64,000 nt of DNA from Desulfobacter sp. (GCA_028768525.1 CP054837.1:1391622-1455621); one strand, 5' to 3'. Counted from the stretch's first letter, positions 1 through 9,581 are shown. Made by a program: numbers and translations. The notes: generated from the sequence alone by a model not told the origin.

Positions 1-278
1 TCGGCCCTGAACACCTTTCGGGCAGTTTTTTCATCTCCCACCCGGGTCTGAATCTGCCCTCCCGTGCCCATGGATTCGAGCACCTTTGCCGGGGCCTCCA
101 CGCCGGTTTTCAAATAAAAATCCTGGACATTCACCTCAATGTAAAAATCCTGGACATCGACATTGACGTAGAAATCCTGGACACCAACATCCATGGCCCG
201 GACTGCCACCGGACTGTACGGGCCTGTGACCAGAAGACCCAGGACAAATATCATGGTTAATTTAACTTTCTCTGCCAT
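1..278 (-). CDS. Secreted hypothetical protein, runs off the window edge; three 9-aa repeats after the signal peptide
   Basis: Not in the ORF track. Manual translation from ATG 278 (AGGAGG RBS upstream): MAEKVKLTMIFVLGLLVTGPYSPVAVRA-MDVGVQDFYVNVDVQDFYIEVNVQDFYLKTG..., stop-free to the window edge. Confidence 0.75.
   Translation of the reverse strand, partial: MAEKVKLTMIFVLGLLVTGPYSPVAVRAMDVGVQDFYVNVDVQDFYIEVNVQDFYLKTGVEAPAKVLESMGTGGQIQTRVGDEKTARKVFRA
112..192 (-). repeat. Three 27-nt coding tandem repeats (xVxVQDFYx)
   Basis: Core AAATCCTGGACA occurs three times at 27-nt period. Confidence 0.85.
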
Positions 279-489
279 GCTTTCCCTCCTTGTTTTCACC
301 CGAAAAGCCGGGCGCAGTTGCCATGGGAGCCAAGCCGCTGCAGAGGAATGTCCATCGCCGTTCCCCCGCGGCCTGCCTGGCCGGCATCTCCTTTCCTGTA
401 AATTTGTCACGTCAATTTCTTTTCCTCCTCCACGGTGCACCGTGACGATGCGGTGTGCCACAGAATCATTGTTTTGAGCGGGTTTTCAG

Positions 490-2199
490 TTACTGCCCAT
501 ACCTGAAATCATCGGCATTGATATGGCCCCAGCCACCGTTGTGCATATCCGAAATAACGATCTGCCCCTGCCCGCCCCGGTAGGCGGACACATCCCAGGT
601 ACGGCGGGTCATGGTTTCCGTATTGCTGCCTGTTTGCGTATAAACGGCCTGGCCGTCAATGACCAGAGAAACCGTCTCCTTGCCGGGCTGGCTGCCGCCG
701 CCGATAAGAAAACAAATTTTATCCTGCCGGATCTCAAAGGGAACAGAGGTCAGGACCCCGGTGGGCCGGTCCCCCTGGCGGCCCCCCGGTTTCTCACTGC
801 TGTCTCCCTGGTATTTCTCATAGGTACCGATCCAGAAATCGCCCTGGTGGTGTGACGCCATGCCCTTCCTTCCCCGGGCCAGGGGATTGTCCCCCCGGGT
901 AGGCTGGAAATCAAAGGCATCTCCTTCTCTGGTCCAGTTGGTGAGATCCCCGGCTTCAAAATCGGAGTTCTCAAACAGCAGGGACGGATCATGGGGCATT
1001 TGGGCTGGCGGGCTCTCAAGCACTGTCTCCCGGGGCTTCAGGGGGGCGCCCCCACCGGCCAATGTAAAGGAAAGCCGTTCTTTGCCCCACCACGCCATCA
1101 CCTTTTTACCGGCCGGATCATCCACCAGGTCTGCTCCGGAAGGCGAAAGCCGCGTAAGGCGGTTCATCTCCACGGACATGCCGTCCCCACCGGAAAGCGG
1201 CCGGGCATCTTCGGCATCAAACATGCGACAGGCCGACACATCAATCAACGCCGTCCCAAGATCGGGGTTCCGGATCAGGTAATAATGGTCCGCATTTGTC
1301 CGGGCCTCAAATACCTCCCATTCAATGGGATCATCATTATAGGTCATATCCGTTGCTGCAGCCTGAACAAATGTTATTCGGCGATTTTCCTTTACCGGCG
1401 GTTCTGTACCGCTGTCTTCTTCCTGAACCGGTGTATGAACCGTTTCAGGTGCCACAACAGGGCCCGGTGCATCTCCCTGATCACCTGTCAAGCCTGCCGC
1501 TGCCATACCCCCATCCGCTGAAGCACCCGATTCGGTTCGCCACTGTCCCTTTTCATACACAAGGATGCCGTGACCCGGCCGGACACCCCCGGGATTGAAC
1601 TCCCATCTGCTGCCGCCCCTGTAAATGAGCTGGCACTGGGTATCGTTCTTTTTGTGTCCGGGAAACCCCAGGCGGGACAGTTTTTCGGGATCAATGATCC
1701 GGACATCCACAAAAGAGACCGGTTCAAACGCCATCTCATAGTGGGCCGCCATACCGGTCTGGGCCATCATGTCGTATTGTATGGCGCTGTTCCAGGTATA
1801 TTTGCCTTCTGGTGCCGGCGGCACCTTGTAGGGATAGACCTCATCTGCCCGGGTATTAAGCTGTATCACGATCTCCTGCCCGCCATCGGGACGGCTCATG
1901 GGCTGCAGGCGGACCAGGTAGCGCCCGGTTTCAATACGGGTGGAGGAGGTCCTGTAAGGTCCCTGTCCAAACTTGAAGCCATACTCCCCAAGAATGGATT
2001 GGTCCTGAACCATGCCAAGGGCGGTAAGGTTCACTCCCATCATTCGCCAACCAAGGGAGAGACACCCGATATCCTGATTGACGAAACCGGCCCACTGCTG
2101 TTTTATAGCGGCCTCGGAATCGGTATCGGCTGCTGCACTCTGGCAGAGTGTGGCCACTGCTGCCAGCATCAAAAACAAGAACATCTTTATCTGCTTCAT
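490..2199 (-). CDS. Secreted multidomain protein with a C-terminal carbohydrate-binding-like domain
   Basis: Signal peptide; AGGAG RBS; C-terminal FEAGDLTNWTREGDAF...GVLTSVPFEI...FLIGGG...GGWGHINADDF resembles the accessory domain of GH32 levanases. Confidence 0.7.
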   Translation of the reverse strand: MKQIKMFLFLMLAAVATLCQSAAADTDSEAAIKQQWAGFVNQDIGCLSLGWRMMGVNLTALGMVQDQSILGEYGFKFGQGPYRTSSTRIETGRYLVRLQPMSRPDGGQEIVIQLNTRADEVYPYKVPPAPEGKYTWNSAIQYDMMAQTGMAAHYEMAFEPVSFVDVRIIDPEKLSRLGFPGHKKNDTQCQLIYRGGSRWEFNPGGVRPGHGILVYEKGQWRTESGASADGGMAAAGLTGDQGDAPGPVVAPETVHTPVQEEDSGTEPPVKENRRITFVQAAATDMTYNDDPIEWEVFEARTNADHYYLIRNPDLGTALIDVSACRMFDAEDARPLSGGDGMSVEMNRLTRLSPSGADLVDDPAGKKVMAWWGKERLSFTLAGGGAPLKPRETVLESPPAQMPHDPSLLFENSDFEAGDLTNWTREGDAFDFQPTRGDNPLARGRKGMASHHQGDFWIGTYEKYQGDSSEKPGGRQGDRPTGVLTSVPFEIRQDKICFLIGGGSQPGKETVSLVIDGQAVYTQTGSNTETMTRRTWDVSAYRGGQGQIVISDMHNGGWGHINADDFRYGQ

Positions 2200-2771
2200 T
2201 GTCTGTCTCCTGTTCTTTTATTATATTCAACGGCAAATGGCATGAAACTTCTCAATGCGCTGTGCATACTGTGCATTAATGATTCCTGCCCGCAACAAGA
2301 CACTGGATGAGCTAATTATTTCAATTCGTTAAAATGAAGCCCTGGATCACTGAAAGAATTGGGCCTGAATCAAGATAAAAAACACATATCACTCCTTGAG
2401 CAGAAGTAGAAGGAAAAAATCGCGGCGCCTCAGATGACAATTCAAAAATATATAAGATCCATTCAGCGTATACAAAGGCACAAGGTTCTGAAAATGCCCT
2501 TATAGAACAAAACCAGCGGTCTCTTAATGGAATTAAGGCAAATATGATCAAAATTCAGGCTGCGGTTGAATTCGAACGATATATGGAAAAACACAGAGAG
2601 CGAACTCAAGAATTTCTCGATTCTATGGTTCCGGAACCGTCCCAAGACGATGTGGGCGGAATGGCTGGCATAAGCGCAAGGTAAGCATATTAAATATTTG
2701 GGATGATATATTCCGACGGTCTGACACAAAAGCATATCGCCGCCCCCGGAAAAAGAGGCGGTAGTCCAAAA

Positions 2772-3692
2772 TCAGTGTTTGGCAGTAAGGCTGGTGGAAA
2801 ACGCCCTGAATACCTTTGATGAAAATTTGCCCTGGAGGACCTCCTCTTTGATAAGCTGGAGGGAATCAAAGGGGGGCTTGGCCTTGCGGTAGGGTTTTTC
2901 GCTGTAAGTCAGCGGCTCGTAGCAGTCAATCAGGCCGATGAGCTGGCTTTCGTAACAGGCATCGGTCCGGCCGTAGGGATAACCGCTGCCGTCGATGCGT
3001 TCGTGGTGCTCCTGGGCCACGGTGGCGACCAGGGGATCAAACCCGGGCTGTTTGACCAGCAGGTCACAGCCCTTGGAGGGGTGGGTGGCGTATTCCTTGA
3101 ACTCCTTCTCGGTAAGCCGTTTATTCACCTTCAGGATTTTCCGGTCTATTTCGGTGATGCCGATATCGTGGAAAAGGGCACACAGGGCCAGGCACTTGAT
3201 GTCCTCCTCCTTCAATTCATAAAAAAAACCGTACCTGAAGGTAAGCAGCATTACGTTGACGGTGTGCTCGATAACGGTTGCAGTGGTCGTCTTGATTTTC
3301 AGAAGGGTCTCAACTAATTCTGTTTTTGTGGAAAATCCTTTAAACATGAGCTCAATGGTTTCCGGAATCGCGGATAACGCCTCTGCATTTGCATGCTCAA
3401 ACGCTTCTTTGATAATCAGGTTCAGGGATGTCCTTATGTTAACCAGATCACTGGATAGGATTTGCTCAGCCAACTGCTGATTCAGCTTAACCACAAGCTC
3501 TTTGATTGCCGCCCCCTGATCACTCTTTTTGATAAAAAGCTCAGGATGTTTCTTATCACTGAGCCGGGGCGCGTCCAGAAGGGTACCGGCCTTTTTGTAA
3601 AGGACATATGCGCCCTCCTTGGACCTGCAATAAAGGGGGACATCCTTATACAGGTAAATCTGTGATTCCCTGACCCCGACGTAATCTTCCAT
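2772..3692 (-). CDS. HD-GYP domain protein (cyclic dinucleotide phosphodiesterase)
   Basis: LFHDIG, HHERIDGSGYPYG and KPYR motifs. Confidence 0.9.
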   Translation of the reverse strand: MEDYVGVRESQIYLYKDVPLYCRSKEGAYVLYKKAGTLLDAPRLSDKKHPELFIKKSDQGAAIKELVVKLNQQLAEQILSSDLVNIRTSLNLIIKEAFEHANAEALSAIPETIELMFKGFSTKTELVETLLKIKTTTATVIEHTVNVMLLTFRYGFFYELKEEDIKCLALCALFHDIGITEIDRKILKVNKRLTEKEFKEYATHPSKGCDLLVKQPGFDPLVATVAQEHHERIDGSGYPYGRTDACYESQLIGLIDCYEPLTYSEKPYRKAKPPFDSLQLIKEEVLQGKFSSKVFRAFSTSLTAKH

Positions 3693-3844
3693 AAATCTGC
3701 TGATATCTCCAATGGGTTAACTAAAAATTGAGGTCATTATAAACCGCTTAAGTGCAATGTCAATGCACCAGGCGGTTCACCTTGACATTAATTCCTGTGA
3801 AGTGGTAAGTGAAATCCATGATCTAACTCATAAAAGAGGCATTC

Positions 3845-5689
3845 ATGGATACCCAGAAGACCCCTGAGTCCCATATGGACGAACAGCTCTCCGTCCGGAA
3901 AATGCAAAAGCGGAATCTCATCTCCCAGTGGGCCTTTGACTGCCGGCCCATCCTGGGCCGGTTCCATCTCTGGCTTGAAGATGTCCGCATCAATTGGCTC
4001 CGTGACGACGCCCGTCCCGGAGCAAAATCCGAAATGATGGATTCCATCTCCTTCACCGACGACCGCACCGAAAGAATGCTGGCCATGACATCGGCGGTAA
4101 CGGCGCTGGGCACACGGCTTTTCGGACGGTACGGGGAAGGCCGGGGCCTGTCAAAAAAAGAGTTGAATCTGGTTAAAAAAGATGCCGACGCCATTTCCGC
4201 CTACGCCATGAGCGAAAGCCTCTGGTATCTGAGCCGGACCCTGCCCGAAAACCATGCCATCATGGTCTGCCTGGGGGAAGGCCTCATGCCCAAGGCAGGG
4301 GAAACAGCTGAAATGGGGGCCAATCCCCTCCTGGGATTCGGCCGGGTCTATGCCCGTCCCCAGGTGGCCAAATTTGTGGAATCCTGTGTGCTGCGCCTGA
4401 TCAATGACCCCGATTACCTGTGGGTGGATTTCCGGCGGGCCATTACCAAAAAGGATATCACGGTGTGGGGGGCGGCCATTGACACCCTTGAAAACACCTC
4501 CCGCTTTGCCAAGGGGGAGCCCACCGGCCCCATGAGCGTGTTTCACCTGTTTGACCAGCCCCTGATCATTTCCGACCAGTACGAAGGCTATGTTGGCTGC
4601 CTGCTCCTTCCGGCTACCGTTGTTGAAAAGGCGGCTGAACGGTCCGTGCTGGTCAATTATTTCACCCCCAGGCAAATGGTCATGGACGCCATAAAAAAGG
4701 CCTACCCCGGCATTGAACCGGGCCATGTCCATGTCTGGACCCTCACCGGGGAGCAGCGGCGCACCCGCATCGGGAAACTCTGGGAAGAATGGGACGCAAC
4801 CGGGGCCCACCTGGTGGACGGCGGCTGGACCCTGCCCACGGGAATGGCCCCCTTCACCGATTCGGGCACCTACGCCCCCACCTTTGCCGTACAGCCCTGG
4901 ACCGAGGACGACGGCAGCACCCACCTGCTGGTGGTGGACGGTTATGCGGCCTCTGCCGAGGCCATCCAGGCGGCCAGCCTGGCTAAAATACTGAACCTGG
5001 ATGTATCTTTAGCCGTACTCTCCTCCAAGTTCAAGCTGGACTGCCATAAGGATGCGGCCGCCATGAAACTGGACCCCGACGACAATAACTTTGCCCGGAT
5101 TCTGGAGGACAGATTCTTTGATGCCGCCGTTGACCCCGAACTGGTGGATATCTACAGGGACAGTATCATCCTGGCCCGCAACGCAGGAATCCCCCTGGGC
5201 CCGCGCACCGTGAGCGCCTCGGATCTCATCGCGGAAAAACACTGGCAGACCCTGGCCACCTCCGGATATATGCTGCCCGACCCCTATTCCGGCGCCGACG
5301 GGGTGACCCAGATTTCAGAAGACACCTGGGAAGTCACCGTGCGCATGACCTCGGACCACGGCGACAAGCACATCACCTTTGCCCTGCGCCTGGAAGAACC
5401 CGCTGACCAGAGCAAACTGGTTTTCTCTCCGTTGCTGAACCGTTTTTTCAAAGGAGAGGACTATCGGACCCGGGCGGTGAAAATATCCGACTCCGGCCGG
5501 ATCCGAAACGAATTGATGACCCTGTGCACCGACGCCCTGGAGCATTTCGGCCCCAAGGTGGTGCTCAGGTTTGACAAAATCTCCAAGGCCACCATCACCC
5601 TTGAAAAGCAGGAACTGCTCAAGGAAATCCTGGCCTGGTACAAGGAACATTACCCCATATGGTTTGACTGGCTTGAACTCTCCGCCTGA
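3845..5689 (+). CDS. Divergent, extended GlpX-like (class II FBPase family) phosphatase
   Basis: ADAISAYAM, CLGEG, AIDTLENT..AKG and DGYAASAE match, in order, GlpX ADGAAVNAM, VIGEG, AVDPIEGT..AMG and GIGGAPEG; GAGG RBS. Confidence 0.65.
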   Translation: MDTQKTPESHMDEQLSVRKMQKRNLISQWAFDCRPILGRFHLWLEDVRINWLRDDARPGAKSEMMDSISFTDDRTERMLAMTSAVTALGTRLFGRYGEGRGLSKKELNLVKKDADAISAYAMSESLWYLSRTLPENHAIMVCLGEGLMPKAGETAEMGANPLLGFGRVYARPQVAKFVESCVLRLINDPDYLWVDFRRAITKKDITVWGAAIDTLENTSRFAKGEPTGPMSVFHLFDQPLIISDQYEGYVGCLLLPATVVEKAAERSVLVNYFTPRQMVMDAIKKAYPGIEPGHVHVWTLTGEQRRTRIGKLWEEWDATGAHLVDGGWTLPTGMAPFTDSGTYAPTFAVQPWTEDDGSTHLLVVDGYAASAEAIQAASLAKILNLDVSLAVLSSKFKLDCHKDAAAMKLDPDDNNFARILEDRFFDAAVDPELVDIYRDSIILARNAGIPLGPRTVSASDLIAEKHWQTLATSGYMLPDPYSGADGVTQISEDTWEVTVRMTSDHGDKHITFALRLEEPADQSKLVFSPLLNRFFKGEDYRTRAVKISDSGRIRNELMTLCTDALEHFGPKVVLRFDKISKATITLEKQELLKEILAWYKEHYPIWFDWLELSA

Positions 5690-5754
5690 TTCCGTGGAAC
5701 CGGGCCCCGTCAGATTAAGAATCCCCACCAGAATTAATGATAAGGAATTAGATT

Positions 5755-6156
5755 ATGGCACTTGAAGTGATTTTTCCCGGGAATAAAAAAGTAGATGTAA
5801 AGGTCAAGGACTTTCTGATCAAAACCGACCAGAGCAAAAAGAACGATGGGGATGAAACCGCCCCTGAACCCTTTGCCCTCTTCCTGGCCAGCCTTGCATC
5901 CTGTGCCGGCATCTATGCAAAATCCTTCTGTGATACCCGGAAACTGGATTACACCGGAATGAAACTGATGCTCACCCCCTATTTTAAGAAAGGGCAGAAA
6001 CACATGGAAAAAATTGAGATCATCCTCCATGTGAACCAGAAATTCCCTGAGAAATATATCAAGGCCGTGATCAAGGCCATGGGTGCCTGTGCAGTAAAAA
6101 ACCAACTCCACCCGGATATCCTGTCAGATATCCAGGTGGCCTACCTGCCTGAGTAA
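5755..6156 (+). CDS. OsmC/Ohr family protein
   Basis: TDQ...APEPFALFLASLASCAG and a second Cys in ACAVK; AAGGA RBS. Confidence 0.85.
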   Translation: MALEVIFPGNKKVDVKVKDFLIKTDQSKKNDGDETAPEPFALFLASLASCAGIYAKSFCDTRKLDYTGMKLMLTPYFKKGQKHMEKIEIILHVNQKFPEKYIKAVIKAMGACAVKNQLHPDILSDIQVAYLPE

Positions 6157-6194
6157 CCGCCGCCGGGGCCCTGGCCTGAAATCCAGGGCCTCCG

Positions 6195-6911
6195 TCATAT
6201 CTGCTTAATATTTTTTTCCCGGTTCATTCGCTCAATACTTAAGATGGCATGTTTTTTCACATTGGTGATATGCCGGCTCAGCACCTCGGCTGCCCCATCC
6301 GCATTTCCTGCGGCAATATGCTCGTAAAGGCGCATATGTTCGTCGTCCACGGTGTCCATGGGCGTCACAAAAAGAATATTTCCCCGGTATTTCAGATAAA
6401 GCAGGTCAAACAGGAATTTTAATGTATTGATCCGGATCTGGTTGCCCGAGAGTTCGGCCAGAGTCAGGTGAAACTCCATATCCTTGAGAAGCCGGTCCTT
6501 GAGAAAGATATCCCGTACCGCGTCCAGATGGTTGTCCAAGGCTTTTTTAAGCCGTTTAAGCCGGGTCTTGGTCATCCTGGCGACGGTGGCGGGCAGCAGG
6601 GAGACCTCAATAAGCTCCCTGAACTCGTAGATTTCGGTGATCTCTTCCAGGCTGATGTTCTCCGTGTAATACCCCCGGTTGGGTTCATGGCGGACCAGGC
6701 CCTGGAACTCCAGCCGCTTGAGGGCCTGGATCACCGGGGTGGTGCTCATGTCCAGCCGCTTGGCCAGATCGCCGTATGATATCTTCTGGCCGGGAATGAT
6801 TTCATTGAGAAAAAACATCCGCCGGATGCCCATATAGGCTTCCTGGGTAAAATCTTCTTTTGTTTTTTTCTTCTTCGCTGTCGTTTTTTTAGCGGTTCTA
6901 TTGCTTGTCAT
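6195..6911 (-). CDS. GntR (FCD-type) transcriptional regulator
   Basis: N-terminal wHTH (LAKRLDMSTTPVIQALKRLEFQGLV) plus FCD (DMEFHLTLAELSGN). Confidence 0.9.
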   Translation of the reverse strand: MTSNRTAKKTTAKKKKTKEDFTQEAYMGIRRMFFLNEIIPGQKISYGDLAKRLDMSTTPVIQALKRLEFQGLVRHEPNRGYYTENISLEEITEIYEFRELIEVSLLPATVARMTKTRLKRLKKALDNHLDAVRDIFLKDRLLKDMEFHLTLAELSGNQIRINTLKFLFDLLYLKYRGNILFVTPMDTVDDEHMRLYEHIAAGNADGAAEVLSRHITNVKKHAILSIERMNREKNIKQI

Positions 6912-7013
6912 ACCGCATAATTATATCAAGGCAATTATAAAATCAATAGGATTCCACTGTATTTCCCCATGAAATATTTAAAAAAATAGAAAAATATTTT
7001 AGTCTCTTACGCC

Positions 7014-7042
7014 TTGACAACTATGGGTTTTACCTGTACACA
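7014..7042 (+). promoter_or_regulatory. Sigma70-type promoter for the oxidoreductase operon
   Basis: TTGACA (7014-7019), 17-nt spacer, TACACA (7037-7042). Confidence 0.55.
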
Positions 7043-7047
7043 GAAAA

Positions 7048-7075
7048 TTATTTGATCAGATTTATGATTAAATAA
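7048..7075. promoter_or_regulatory. Palindromic operator candidate
   Basis: TTATTTGATCA-N6-TGATTAAATAA; 11-bp inverted repeat with one mismatch, over the predicted start site. Confidence 0.55.
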
Positions 7076-7117
7076 CAGATTTGATAAACCCATAGACATC
7101 TTTCAAGGAGAAACCAC

Positions 7118-8233
7118 ATGGCATTTGCATTTATGGAAGGCAATGAAGCCGTTGCCAGGGGGGCCATGGCAGCGGGCTGCAACTTCTTTGCCGGCTATCC
7201 CATCACCCCGGCCACCACCATATTCAACAACATGCTTAAAATGCTGCCCCCCACGGGAGGCATCTGTGTCCAGGGTGAAGACGAAATTGCCTCCATGGGG
7301 TATTGCATCGGTGCGGCCATGGCCGGTAAAAAGGTGCTCACCGCCACCTCGGGGCCGGGCATCAGCCTCTATTCCGAACATATTTCCTTTGCCATCGGCA
7401 GCGAAATCCCCATGGTCATCGCCGATGTCCAGCGCCTGGGACCCTCCACGGGCTCGGCCACCCGGGGCGCGGACTCGGATATCCAGTTTCTCCGCTGGGG
7501 CTCCACTTCCGGGGCCCCGGTCATTGTTCTGGCCCCCAAGGATGTGAAGGACTGCTATGCCTTGACAGTGCACGCCTTTAACTATGCCGAAGAATTCCGC
7601 TGCCCCGTATTCATCGCCTCCAACAAGGAAATCGGCATGACAAAGGAGAGCTTTGACATGGACGCCGTCCGACTGCCGGAACGGGTCGAACGGAACCGGT
7701 TTGAGGGGGAAAACTTCATCCCCTTTGCCGCGGAACCGGACAAGGCTCCGCCCTTTTTGCCCATCGGCGGGAAAACCCTGGTCCGCCAGACCTCGTCCAC
7801 CCACGGACCGGACGGGTATATCACCATTGATCCCAATACCATTGCCGCCTGCCAGGACCGGCTGAGAAATAAGATCCATGCCAAACGGAACGAAATCTCC
7901 CTTTACGAGGAAAACCAGGTGCCGGATTCAGACACCCTGGTCATCTCCTACGGCATTACCTCAAGGGCAGTTGAAGATGCGGCCGCAGCCATGGCCCAAA
8001 AGGGGCGGCCCGTATCCACCCTCTCCCTGAAAACCCTGTGGCCAGTTCCCGAACAGGTGCTTACGGAAGCGGCCCAGCGGTTTAACCGCATTGTGGTGAT
8101 TGAGATGAACCTGGGACAATACGTCAATGAAATCCGCCGGGTGCTCCAGGGCAAAAAAGTTGATTTTTACGGACAGATGAACGGGGTATTGATTCCGCCG
8201 GCAAAAATTATGGAGGCCATTGAAAATGACTAG
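7118..8233 (+). CDS. 2-oxoacid:acceptor oxidoreductase alpha subunit
   Basis: GNEAVARGA, FFAGYPITPAT, EDEIAS, TATSGPG and QRLGPSTG motifs. Confidence 0.92.
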   Translation: MAFAFMEGNEAVARGAMAAGCNFFAGYPITPATTIFNNMLKMLPPTGGICVQGEDEIASMGYCIGAAMAGKKVLTATSGPGISLYSEHISFAIGSEIPMVIADVQRLGPSTGSATRGADSDIQFLRWGSTSGAPVIVLAPKDVKDCYALTVHAFNYAEEFRCPVFIASNKEIGMTKESFDMDAVRLPERVERNRFEGENFIPFAAEPDKAPPFLPIGGKTLVRQTSSTHGPDGYITIDPNTIAACQDRLRNKIHAKRNEISLYEENQVPDSDTLVISYGITSRAVEDAAAAMAQKGRPVSTLSLKTLWPVPEQVLTEAAQRFNRIVVIEMNLGQYVNEIRRVLQGKKVDFYGQMNGVLIPPAKIMEAIEND

Positions 8234-9515
8234 TTTTTTAAATAACAACCGCCCCCCGGTCTTCTGCCCGGGATGTACCCATGAGCGCATCACCAAAGAG
8301 CTGGACAAAACCCTGGTCAACCTGGGGCTGGAGGCGGATAAAACCGTCATCGTTACGGACATCGGCTGTTCCGGCCTCTTTGACACCTTTTTCAACGTCC
8401 ACGCCCTCCACGGGGTCCACGGCCGTGCCCTGACCTATGCCGCCGGCCTCAAGCTGGCCGATCCGTCACTGACAGTCATCGTCACCATGGGAGACGGAGG
8501 CCTGGGCATCGGCGGGGCCCATGTGCTGGCCGCCTGCCGTAAAAATCTGGACCTCACCCTCATCATCCTCAACAATTTCAACTTCGGCATGACCGGGGGC
8601 CAGTACTCGTCCACCACCCCCACCGATGCCGTGGTGGGCTCGGAATTCCTCAACCAGGCGGAAATCCCCATTGATATCTGCCGGGTGGCCAAGGCCGCCG
8701 GCGCCACCTATGTTTCCCGGTATTCCGGCCACGACAGCGGCCTTTGTGATGAATTCGGCCGGGCCATCCGCCATAAAGGACTCGCCGTGGTGGAAACCTT
8801 AGGCATGTGCACAGGCCGGTATACCAAGCGGAATAAGCTCACCCCCAAGGCCATCGATGAAATGATCGAAAAACTGCCCAGGGAAACCGGCCTGGTCAAG
8901 GAGAACCTGCGTCCGGAATACGGGGAGCAGTACCGGGCCCTGGCAGCGGAAAAACAAAAATTCCCCGCCCCCCTGGTCATTGAAAAAAGCTATTCACTTG
9001 AAAACCCCCGGCGGCAGGAAGTGGTCATCCTGGGATCGGCGGGCATGAGAATTGTCACGGCCGGGGATATTGTCTGCTATGCCGGCATCTCCGCCGGCCT
9101 CAACGCCTCCATTAAAAACGACTACAATATTACCGTGCTCAGGGGGCAGTCGGTTTCCGAAATCCTGCTTTCCCCGGATAACATCGGCTATACCGGCCTT
9201 GAATCCCCGGCCGTGGTCCTGGCCCTCAGCGACGAAGGGGTGGCCAGGCGGCAGAAAATCTTTGCGGGCCTTTCCCCGGACACCTTTATTCTAAAAGAAA
9301 AAAGCGTGGCCATTCCCTATACCAGGGCCCGGGTGGAGGAGGTGGATTTCAAGGCCATGAAAATCCGGAAACCCGACTGGGCTTTGGCCTCCCTGGGTAT
9401 CCTGGCCAGAAAAGAACTGGTGCTGACCCGGGATATGCTGGTGACGGCCCTCAAATCCCGGTTCAATGAAAAGGTATTTGCCCTGGCCATGGAAACCATC
9501 GATAAAGTTATTTAG
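8226..9515 (+). CDS. 2-oxoacid:acceptor oxidoreductase beta subunit fused to a gamma-like domain
   Basis: FCPGC, DIGCS, GDGG and GMTGGQ (TPP-binding), then C-terminal GSAGMRIVTAG...RGQSVSE gamma/POR-like domain; ATG at 8226 overlaps the alpha stop. Confidence 0.85.
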   Translation: MTSFLNNNRPPVFCPGCTHERITKELDKTLVNLGLEADKTVIVTDIGCSGLFDTFFNVHALHGVHGRALTYAAGLKLADPSLTVIVTMGDGGLGIGGAHVLAACRKNLDLTLIILNNFNFGMTGGQYSSTTPTDAVVGSEFLNQAEIPIDICRVAKAAGATYVSRYSGHDSGLCDEFGRAIRHKGLAVVETLGMCTGRYTKRNKLTPKAIDEMIEKLPRETGLVKENLRPEYGEQYRALAAEKQKFPAPLVIEKSYSLENPRRQEVVILGSAGMRIVTAGDIVCYAGISAGLNASIKNDYNITVLRGQSVSEILLSPDNIGYTGLESPAVVLALSDEGVARRQKIFAGLSPDTFILKEKSVAIPYTRARVEEVDFKAMKIRKPDWALASLGILARKELVLTRDMLVTALKSRFNEKVFALAMETIDKVI

Positions 9516-9581
9516 AGTTAATTTTAGTCTGTATTGGTTTATATAAAATTAAACTATTGACCAAAACAAACCTCAACCATT

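Noticed and set aside
112-192. 27-nt periodic repeats as a possible mini-CRISPR
   Set aside because: The period is a multiple of three, the repeats lie in frame within a coding region, the spacers are too short, and no cas genes are present
2757-2764. GGCGGTAG ops-like element
   Set aside because: It is one arm of a hairpin after the HD-GYP gene, far from the LPS operon, with no JUMPstart context
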